Source: Eledone cirrhosa
Lineage: Eukaryota
Reading direction: 5' to 3'
Assembly (NCBI GenBank): GCA_964016885.1
Contig: OZ024741.1
Location: forward strand, 388,244,001-388,308,000
DNA: 64,000 bases
The notes under the pieces are model-generated. The model saw only the letters and a list, made by a program, of their open reading frames with translations. It had not been told where the DNA came from and ran no database searches. Made by a program: the position numbers and the translations under genes. Below, in pieces: positions 1-10,100 of the stretch; positions within the stretch are counted from its first letter, which is position 1, and each line of letters opens with the position of its first letter.

Positions 1-1420
1 GGGTTAACTGTTGGGAATGAATTCTTCAAAGGCAACTATTCATATATCATTTGAGCTGACAGTTTCTTTTGAAATGATCATACTGAATAATTCTAGTCAG
101 TTGTTGTCACTTATTTTTCTGTTTTTATGCAAACCATGACCACATTTTGGAGAAAATTTAATGTAAAATCATGTTGGTTTTAATCTAAGATTTTTATTTT
201 GTTACACTATAACACAAACATGTAATAGCTATATGGTTTTATTTCAATTATTTTATGTTAATCAGAACATTTAAGACTATTTCTGTTCAATAAATATAGA
301 TTTCATAAATGTCTGCTTGGGCAGTTAAAATTATTATATTTTTTATAAAGACATAATGACTTGTTTCTGCGTTTTTTTGTTTGTTTGTGCATACATATAT
401 ATACATACAAACACTTGTAATTTCTATTTTGTCTAAAAAGATTATGTAACATTTACACATGATACTTGATTAGTGTGCCAAAGGTGTAACATCTATTCTT
501 GTCCTTTAACGAACATTTAGTTATTTTCTTTGATAAATGTTTTCTTTTTTGTTTATGGACCAATAGAACATTGCTGTATGTGTGTTTTAGTAATTTAGTT
601 CTTGCAATTCTGGACTTTAAAACAAAAATATTGTCCTGTTTGAAATACAAAGCTGGAAAACTGAAGATGTTAGAGAATTAACAACACCATTGCTCCTATA
701 AGAAATAATTTGAAAGAACATAAAGAAACTTCTCTCGCCATAGAGCAATCATGATCATATGCAAGAGAAAGATTTATGCCATTCTTTCAACATCATTTTT
801 TAGCAGCTCTAGTGTTACATATTTGAAATGACATCAATGAAATTATAGTCTGTAGTTTGTAAATAGATATTTAAAATAAATTCTCTCTTTTTCTTTTAAG
901 TAGGAAGTTTTGTTATTGTTGTAATATCAGTTGTTACCAGACAATTTAATGAAATAAATGATAATGTATTGTGTTTGAATCCCAATTCTGTGGAAATTTT
1001 TGTATATAATAATAAGATTGGTAATCATGATTGTGAAATATTTCTTCCTATTTCTTCCTTTTTTTTTTTTTTTACTAGCTATGTATATTAATTTTCACTT
1101 ATAGCTGACTATGAAATTCACAACTAGCTAGTAGTAAAAACCTGTATATATTAAAATTTCCTAGTCTTAACATGTATGCACGACCTTAGGTTCCAGGGTC
1201 CAGTGATAGCCGCCACTGTATAGTGGAGGAGTCATTTTAAAACTGGCCTCCCTCAGGAATAAAAACTTAAAAAAAAATACTATTACTTCACGAAATATGG
1301 TCATATTTCATGGAGAGTTGTTCTCAAGACAGGAGGCATGGGTAGCTCCAAAATACACACATATATATATAAGGAAGTTATTAAATATAATAGCTCATGT
1401 TCTAATTATGAAGGCAATAG

Positions 1421-1590
1421 ATTGGCAGTTTTTATCTTCTAAGTTCAAATCTTGATGATGTCGATTTTGGCTTTCATCCTTCTAGAGTTGATAAAATAAA
1501 GTACCAGTTAGATACTGGAGGCAATTTCATTGACTTTTCTTCCTTTCCTCAGAATTGGTGGCCTTTTGTTTACATTATAAACAATTATTA
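1421..1590 (+). mobile_element. Old, degenerate tRNA-derived SINE copy (same family as 2991 and 4819)
   Basis: Contains a B-box-like AAGTTCAAATC, the family core GCTTTCATCCTTCTAGAGTTGATAAAATAAAGTACCAGT and the tail AATTGGTGGCCTTTTG...AAACAATTATT. It aligns by eye to 2991-3183 and 4819-5048. Boundaries are approximate. Confidence 0.75.
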
Positions 1591-2990
1591 TTGTTAGTTA
1601 GAACTCATTTTAATAAGTTAATCCTATAGAAATCATTATTAAAGAAATAGTATTTCATTTATTATTTTATTCAAGGGCATATCTAAACCACTAACATGTT
1701 TATTGCTCCAATATAAATTCCTTCCCCACTGACAATATCTTATGAAACATTCCGAATTTTCTATAAAATCAAGTACTCTATATTTTTTACATATCAGTTA
1801 ATATTTTTTTTTACTGATCTTCTATAAATCAGTTTCTCAAAACAAAATTAATAGTCTTCTTCTTAATATATTATAAATCAAAAGTTTCAATTCAGAATCT
1901 TTATATCTTGGAAAAAAAAAAGTAAATAGTAAATATTATATATTTTTGAAAATTGTTAATCCAACAATGTTGAATTTATTCAATATTTTCTCTATTTGAA
2001 TTGTTATAAATCCTCTAAATAATGCCCAAAACTAAACTGGTATACACACACGATGGTCTCATGTAAAAGGGAGATAACCACAATTTAAAGGCAAAGTAAT
2101 CAATATATGCAGCAGAGTGGATATATTTTCAAATTATTAAATTGATTCTTACAGAACTAGTTCTGTTTTCTTCTCAAATAATTCATTTGACAGTGTACGT
2201 CTCATTAAAAGAAATATATATATAAAAATATACAATATATCTGGTTTAGTTCATTATCTGTGAAAGGTTATAGATTGTGGAGGAAAGATTGTTCTAAATT
2301 TACACTAAAAATCGTATCACAAATGTTATTTGTATTTTCATATAGTTGCTATTGAAAGTATTTTGGCTGTTAACTGTGTAGTAATGTAGAGTTGTCTGTC
2401 ACAGTGACATTTTGTAGAGCTTATTGCTTTGTTGTAACTGCCATTTTTATGGCTGTCAGACAAAATATTACTGTTAGTGAAATAATTTTCTAAATTATTA
2501 GTTTGTTAAATTAGATTTTCCTGTCATATATATATATACATTTGATGAGGTAACCCCCAGAGGAAAAATGGGATTCTATTAAAATTAACAACATAAATGT
2601 AATCTAAAACTTTTATTGTTTTCATATAAAATGTCATTTTTATTTTTTGTATTAGTCTTAAAATATTTGGGCAGCTGAATTCTTACAAATTTATATATAT
2701 ATATATACTCTGCTTGTGCATTGAGTGCTCATATTGATACCATCACCAGTAATTCACTGAATCACTCTCACGATATATATATATATATTATTATAAAATT
2801 TAAAATTACTTTTCAGAATTTTTACTGTTTTTAAGTTCTGAAAATGTATAAAATGATTACCTCAAATTTTTTTTGATATTTTTTATCCTAGATTTGACAA
2901 TCTAATTACTGACACCCAATTTTATATTCTACTTTTATTTTTTACTCTTTTTTTTTTTTTTTAGTGAGACTGCTCTTCATTATTTTGTTA

Positions 2991-3183
2991 TGGCGGTGAA
3001 TAGGCAGTATCGGTAGAGGGTCGGACGCCATGCTTTGACGCATAGAGTTACGGCCCTTGCCATTCTGAGTTCAAATCCCGCCGAGGTTAACTTTGCCTTT
3101 CATCCTTACGGGGTCGATAAAATAAAGTACCAGTAATACACTGGGAAATTGCTGGCCTTGTGCCAAAAGTAGAAACAATTATT
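2991..3183 (+). mobile_element. tRNA-derived SINE, Octopus-type, with an internal deletion in the 3' half
   Basis: Pol III A-box-like TAGGCAGTATCGGT (~3001), B box GAGTTCAAATCC (3067-3078), central GCCTTTCATCCTTACGGGGTCGATAAAATAAAGTACCAG (resembles the Meta/MESC SINE domain, from recall) and an ATT-rich tail. It lacks about 30 bp between CACTGGG and AAATTGCTGGCC relative to the 4819 copy. Confidence 0.85.
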
Positions 3184-3475
3184 TTGTTCAATCGGTTATT
3201 AATATTTCATTTTGTTCAAAACGCCACTAAATGATTTCCTTCAAAATGATATTAACTCATTGATATTTCTGTTACAATTACAATATGAAATCATCACAAG
3301 CTCAACAAAGTGAATCAGTTGTAATTCAGTTGCTAATTGTGATTGTTATATTCACCAAATATTGTCAATTTGAAGTAAATGTAACGGTGACTGACTTCTG
3401 TAGTAAATCTTTGTCAATAAACAGTACAGCATTGTCTCATAAAAATTACTTCCTTTTATGTGTTTTCCTTTGTTT

Positions 3476-3720
3476 CATCACCATCACCATTGTTTTTAAC
3501 GTCTGTTTTCCCCGTTAGCAAGGGTTGGACTGGCCTACATAGACGAAGTCAGTACTGAAGCAGAGCTACTGATCTAGACAGGCCAGAGATGTGCATCTTG
3601 CTTATGTATGGTCTCATGTTCTATCAAGTGCATAGGAGAGGTGTCATGTCTGTGACACAACTGCAAGCTTTCTAAGATTGGATGCCCTTCCTATTAGCAA
3701 CCAATTTACTGGGTGTGTTT
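3476..3720 (-). mobile_element. Inverted copy of an RTE-type 3' tail (RTE LINE end or RTE-dependent SINE)
   Basis: CATCACCATCACCAT..TTTAACGTCTGTTTTCC..GCAAGGGTTGGAC and TTCTAAGATTGGATGCCCTTCCTA..CAACC are reverse complements of the LINE 3' end at 6900-7076 (TAGGAAGGGAATCCAGCTGTAGAAA, GTCTAACCCATGCTAG..GGATGTAAAA..(GAT)n). Confidence 0.7.
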
Positions 3721-3767
3721 TTATGTATTTTATTACATTGTGTTTTTTTCTTTTCTGATTATTGAAT

Positions 3768-3968
3768 CATTATCTAATCCCCGTTATACATCTGTCTTCA
3801 ATACTGGCATAATTTGTTCAAGTTGTCAGTTTGAGACTAGATAAGTTTGGGAATCAAGTCTTGCTCATACGTTCCATAATTGACCTGGTTTCTATGATTG
3901 GATCACTTCCTCATGCCAACCATTTTACAAAGCGTACCAGGTGCATTTTATCATGGTACCAGCACTAA
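3768..3968 (-). mobile_element. Second, more decayed inverted RTE-type 3' tail
   Basis: GGTTTCTATGATTGGATCACTTCCTCATGCCAACCATTTTACA..GGTGCATTTT parallels both 3665-3720 and the reverse complement of 6880-6945. Confidence 0.6.
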
Positions 3969-4172
3969 AGAGGCTGTCATATGCTTGGCCAAACTGAAGA
4001 GTCCTGTCTATAATATATTGTCTCTATTCAATTGTCAAGTCTCCATTTGATTGGATAAGTTTGAATAATTACATTACAAACCAAATTCCGGAGTGGTGAT
4101 AGTTTCTGGTAATATGATTATTCTCTGGCTGGAACTTTTCCACTTAATTTATCTTATCTTATCCTAGACAGG

Positions 4173-4338
4173 AAGCACAACTTCACACCAACGATCTTTG
4201 TTTCCCAAAAGGGTTTGTTAGTCATCCTTGTCAATTCCTGTGTTGCTTAGGCAAGATAGTAAACACAACTTCAAACCCAGAGTCTCTATTTCCCATCAAG
4301 GTTTGTAACCATCCTTGTCAATTCTAGTGTCTCTTGCT
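4173..4338. repeat. Diverged ~88-bp direct repeat, two copies
   Basis: CACAACTTCA at 4176 and 4264, and CATCCTTGTCAATTC at 4223 and 4310, with TTTCCCA..GGTTTGT shared in between. Confidence 0.75.
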
Positions 4339-4766
4339 ATAGTATCCTGGTAGGGAGCTCCCACAAGATGTCTGAAACTATCTCATCTTTTGCATGGCAG
4401 TAGTGACTAGCAACCTGGTACAACGTTCAATCAGTCTGCCAAGGAATATTTTTGAGCCCTTCTCAGAAGGGTAGTGTAACATCCATCTAAACGGCTCTGT
4501 AGATGGAAGGGCAGGCTCTACTGTTGTTTTCACTTATACTTCAGAACTATATGTTCAACATTAGGCAATAAGCTTGCTGAGAGGTGTTATCTGTTAAGCT
4601 AACCTGACCATGATCATCTAATCCTATAGAAAATAATGTGAAATGAACTAAGTTTTTCCTTCACAGGCAAACATATACTAAGGGAGATAATTTCACAAAC
4701 AATGTTACAGTTATGTCCCTTACAAACTTGAATACAGATCTCTTGAGATTTCATCATTGCATGGAT

Positions 4767-4803
4767 AATTGCTGGCCTTGTGCCAAAAGTAGAAACAATT
4801 ATT
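4767..4803 (+). mobile_element. Isolated 3' tail of the tRNA-SINE
   Basis: AATTGCTGGCCTTGTGCCAAAAGTAGAAACAATTATT is identical to 3147-3183 and is followed by an ATT-type tail. Confidence 0.8.
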
Positions 4804-4818
4804 ATCATTATTGTTATT

Positions 4819-5048
4819 AGGGCGGCACAGGGTGGTGGATTGGCAGTATCGGTAGAGGATCGGACACCATGCTTTGCAGCATAGAGTTACGGCCCTTTAT
4901 GATCTGAGTTCAAATTCCGCCGAGGTTAACTTTGCCTTTCATCCTTACAGGGTTGATAAAATAAAGTACCAGTCACGCACTGGGGTTGATTTAATCGACT
5001 TTTCCCTCCCCCAAAATTGCTGGCCTTGTACCTACATGAGAAACCATT
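4819..5048 (+). mobile_element. Near full-length tRNA-derived SINE
   Basis: A-box-like TTGGCAGTATCGGT, B box GAGTTCAAATTCC, core GCCTTTCATCCTTACAGGGTTGATAAAATAAAGTACCAGT, then GGGGTTGATTTAATCGACT and tail AAATTGCTGGCCTTGT..AGAAACCATTATT. Highly similar to the 2991 copy. Confidence 0.85.
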
Positions 5049-5054
5049 ATTGCA

Positions 5055-5190
5055 TGGATTGGCAGTATCGGTAGAGGGTTGGATGCCATGCTTTTCAGCA
5101 TTGACTTACGGCTCTTTACAGTATGAGTTCAAATTCTGCCTTTCATCCTTACTGGGTCGATAAGATACCAGTCACGCACTGGGTCGAATT
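5055..5190 (+). mobile_element. Tandem, internally deleted and 3'-truncated SINE copy
   Basis: TGGATTGGCAGTATCGGTAGAGG..GAGTTCAAATTCTGCCTTTCATCCTTACTGGGTCGATAAGATACCAGTCACGCACTGGGTCGA repeats the head and core of the preceding copy. Confidence 0.8.
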
Positions 5191-5454
5191 TTACAGTGTA
5201 GAATAGGACTAGAGAAATTATCTCTATTTTCTCACCTTCTAGATGGGCAACCTAAAGAGTCCACATCTCCTTTGAATTATTATATCTTTAGTATGGTTTC
5301 TATGGTAGGATATTTTTCTTATCACTTATTACAGCAGGATTTATTTATATCAAACAAGGAACAAGTTGCCGAGAAATAAATAAATAAATAAAAACTAACA
5401 TCAATTAAAAAAAAAAAAATAATGGCCTCGATAAAAAAAAAAAAATTAACTAAC

Positions 5455-6775
5455 GTTGAAGAGGTATAAAGCCGAAGGACCAGGTCAAGAAAATAACGGA
5501 AAGAGTTATAGCACAGTTGATTAGGGACCAGGTAAAACTAGATGAGATGCAATTTGGGCTTGTGCCAGGAAAAAGCAGCACTGATGCTCTCTTCCTTGTG
5601 AGGCAGTTACAGGAAAAGTACCTAGCTAAAGGTAAGCCACACTACCTAGCATTTGTAGATCTGGAAAAAGCCTTCGACAGAGTGCCCTGTGCTATAATCT
5701 GGTGGGCTCTTAGAAAACTAGGAGTAAATGAATGGCTTGTGAAAGCATACATGTCGGTGTCCACCAGAGCTCTGTTCTTAGCCCTCACCTGTTTATTATA
5801 GTATTGCAGGCTATAACAGAGGAGTTTAAGACCGGATGCCCATTGGAACTTAACAGAGGAGTTTAAGACACGGATGATCTTATGCTTATAGCTGAATCTA
5901 TAGTAGAAGTAAAGAAGAAATTCCAAACATGGAAGCAGGGACTAGAAAGAAGGGTCTCAAAGTCAACTTGACAAAGATTAAGGTCCTCATAAGTAGATGA
6001 GAAAACAGAACCCAGATCCCATCAGGGAAATGGCCTTGCTTAGTATGTAGGAATTCCCTCCTCTGCCCCAAATGGAAACTATGGGTACACAAGAAATGTA
6101 GTGGGATCTCAGGAAGCTTAGTTAAGAATGTAGGCTTTGCATGTAGCAGCTGCACCGGGAGAGTAAGCAGAAAATGACCACACGAAACAAGCACTACCAA
6201 ACTCTGGAAGGGCTCTGTAGAAACAGTAGACAGCTTCTGCTACCTAGGTGACCAAATTAGCAGCGGAGGTGGATGTTCTGAAAGTACAGTAACCAGGGTA
6301 AGAACGGGATAGAAGAAGTTCAGGGAGCTACTACCACTGCTAGCTGCAAAAGGCTTTTCCTTCAAAATGAAAGGCAGACTGTATGATGCATGTATACGAA
6401 CAGCAATGTTACATGGTAGTGAGACCTGGGCACTGTGTGTAGAAGACTTGCGTGGATTAGAAAGAAACGAAGCCTGCATGCTCCAATGGATGTGTAATAG
6501 TAATATACGCGAATGGCAAAGCATAAACAAATTGAGAGACTGAGCATAAGAGAAATCAAATGCTGTGTGCAGGAGAGGAGGTTGTGTTGGTATGGACATG
6601 TGATGCGTTTGAAGGATGACAGCTGCATAAAAAGGGGAAGATAGAAGCTGGAGTGGGGAGATCCAAGAAGACCTCGGATGAGGTGATAAAATCTGACCTT
6701 ACCCAATTGCACCTCTCAAAGGTGATGACACAGAACCGTGACCTCTGGCATCATGCAGTAATACAGAAGAGCTGA
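5455..6775 (+). pseudogene. Fragmented reverse transcriptase ORF of the RTE element (includes ORF 5517-5801)
   Basis: Shows frameshifts, in-frame stops (e.g. TAG at ~6310 in VRTG*KKFRELLPLL), a deletion before GVHQ and a disrupted YADD motif. Confidence 0.85.
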
Positions 6776-7076
6776 CTTCCCACGGGTACAAGCCGAAGCT
6801 GAAGCATATACACAATATGCCCTCCCATGACAAAAAAAGCACTCAGCCCACACTGTAAAGTGGTCGTTTAGGCACCACAGTAAAAAAGCACCCAGCACTC
6901 ACTGTAAATGAGGTTGGTGTTAGGAAGGGAATCCAGCTGTAGAAATCAAGCCAAAATTTGTTCCTGTATGAGCAAAACATGGTCACCCGACCTGGCATTG
7001 CCCACAACAGGACAACCCGTCTAACCCATGCTAGTGTGGAAGAATGGATGTAAAACGGTGATGATGATGATGATGA
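5455..7076 (+). mobile_element. 5'-truncated, inactive RTE-clade non-LTR retrotransposon (LINE)
   Basis: Reverse transcriptase motifs QFGLVPGKSSTDA, AFVDLEKAFDRVP, GVHQSSVLSPHLF, DDL.LIAES, GLKVNLTK, SFCYLG and MLHGSETWAL are spread over several frames with stops and deletions. The 3' UTR ends in (TGA)6 at 7059-7076, a short-tandem tail typical of RTE. No endonuclease domain is seen. Confidence 0.9.
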
Positions 7077-7180
7077 CTGTGTATATTTTATTGTATCACT
7101 GACACTAGAGAGATTGACAGCAGCTTGATGAAAGAAACTTCCCTACTCTGTATCAGTTTTAATTCAAAATATCTGCACTC

Positions 7181-10100
7181 CTACCATACAACACTACCTC
7201 ACACCACACTACACTATCATATGCCACATTGCCATACCACACAACATTATTACTTCACACCACACTGCCATACAACACTACCTTACACCACACAACCTCA
7301 CACCACACTGCCATACAACACTACCTTACACCACACAACCTCACACCACACTGCCATACAACACTACCTCACACCACACTGCCATACAACACTAACTTAC
7401 ACCATACAACCTCACACCACACTGCCATACAACACTACCTCACACCACACTGCCATACAACACTACCTTACACCACACAACCTCACACCACACTGCCATA
7501 CAACACTACCTCACACCACACTGCCATACAACACTACCTTACACCACACAACCTCACACCACACTGCCATACAACACTACCTTACACCACACAACCTCAC
7601 ACCACACTGCCATACAACACTACCTTACACCACAAAACCTCACACCACACTGCCATACAACACTACCTTACACCACACAACCTCACACCACACTGCCATA
7701 CAACACTACCTTACACCACACAACCTCACACCACTCTGCCATACAACACTACCTTACACCACACAACCTCACACCACTCTGCCATACAACACTACCTTAC
7801 ACCACACAACCTCACACCACACTGCCATACACCACTACCTTACACCACACAAACTCACACCACACTGCCATACAACACTACCTTACACCACACAACCTCA
7901 CACCCCACTGCCATACAACACTACCTTACACCACACAACCACACACGACACTGCCATACAACACTACCTTACACCACACAACCACACACCACACTGCCAT
8001 ACAACACTACCTCACACCACACTGCCATACAACACTACCTTACACCACACAACCTCACACCACACTGCCATACAACACTTCCTTACACCACAAAACCTCA
8101 CACCACACTGCCATACAACACTAGCTTACACCACACAAACTCACACCACACTGCCATACAACACTACCTTACACCACACAACCACACACCACACTGCCAT
8201 ACAACACTACCTCACACCACACAACCTCACACCACACTGCCATACAACACTACCTTACACCATACAACCTCACACCACACTGCCATACAACACTACCTTA
8301 CACCACACAAACTCACACCACACTGCCATACAACACTACCTCACACCACACTGCCATACAACACTACCTTACACCACACAACCTCACACCACACTGCCAT
8401 ACAACACTACCTTACACAACAAAACCTCACACCACACTGCCATACAACACTAGCTTACACCACACAAACTCACATCACACTGCCATACAACACTACCTTA
8501 CACCACAAAAGCTCACACCACACTGCCATACAACACTACCTTACACCACACAACCTCACACCACACTGCCATACAACACTACCTTACACCACACAACCTC
8601 ACACCACACTGCCATACAACACTACCTTACACCACACAACCACACACCACTCTGCCATACAACACTACCTTACACCACACAACCTCACACCACACTGCCA
8701 TACAACACTACCTTACACCACACAACCTCACACCACTCTGCCATACAACACTACCTTACACCACACAACCTCACACCACACTGCCATACAACACTACCTT
8801 ACACCACACAAACTCACACCACACTGCCATACAACACTACCTTACACCACACAACCACACACCACACTGCCATACAACACTACCTTACACCACACAACCA
8901 CACACCACACTGCCATACAACACTACCTCACACCACACTGCCATACAACACTACCTTACACCACACAACCTCACACCACACTGCCATACAACACTACCTT
9001 ACACCACACAACCTCACACCACACTGCCATACAACACTACCTCACACCACACAACCTCACACCACACTGCCATACAACACTACCTTACACCACAAAACCT
9101 CACACCACACTGCCATACAACACTAGCTTACACCACACAAACTCACACCACACTGCCATACAACACTACCTTACACCACACAACCACACACGACACTGCC
9201 ATACAACACTACCTTACACCACACAACCACACACCACACTGCCATACAACACTACCTCACACCACACTGCCATACAACACTACCTTACACCACACAACCT
9301 CACACCACACTGCCATACAACACTTCCTTACACCACAAAACCTCACACCACACTGCCATACAACACTAGCTTACACCACACAAACTCACACCACACTGCC
9401 ATACAACACTACCTTACACCACACAACCACACACCACACTGCCATACAACACTACCTCACACCACACAACCTCACACCACACTGCCATACAACACTACCT
9501 TACACCATACAACCTCACACCACACTGCCATACAACACTACCTTACACCACACAAACTCACACCACACTGCCATACAACACTACCTCACACCACACTGCC
9601 ATACAACACTACCTTACACCACACAACCTCACACCACACTGCCATACAACACTACCTTACACAACAAAACCTCACACCACACTGCCATACAACACTAGCT
9701 TACACCACACAAACTCACATCACACTGCCATACAACACTACCTTACACCACAAAAGCTCACACCACACTGCCATACAACACTACCTTACACCACACAACC
9801 TCACACCACACTGCCATACAACACTACCTTACACCACACAACCTCACACCACACTGCCATACAACACTACCTTACACCACACAACCACACACCACTCTGC
9901 CATACAACACTACCTTACACCACACAACCTCACACCACACTGCCATACAACACTACCTTACACCACACAACCTCACACCACTCTGCCATACAACACTACC
10001 TTACACCACACAACCTCACACCACACTGCCATACAACACTACCTTACACCACACAAACTCACACCACACTGCCATACAACACTACCTTACACCACACAAC

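Noticed and set aside
1185-1280. GC-richer patch ending in AATAAA and an A-run (possible retrocopy 3' end)
   Set aside because: Too short, with no target-site duplication or homology that I can identify.
2991-3085. Possible tRNA gene (A and B boxes)
   Set aside because: No convincing cloverleaf. It continues into a SINE body repeated several times in the window.
453-5074. Short ORFs at 453-681, 3285-3518, 4614-4808 and 4874-5074
   Set aside because: No recognisable domains. They lie in AT-rich DNA or overlap SINEs and are of lengths expected by chance. No convincing exon structure.
5642-6898. Minus-strand ORFs of 60-119 aa
   Set aside because: They are antisense shadows of the decayed RTE reverse transcriptase.
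7389-7400. Recurrent CACTAAC variant resembling a branch point or QKI site
   Set aside because: It is a single C-to-A change from consensus with no downstream polypyrimidine tract or AG, and is spread by block duplication.
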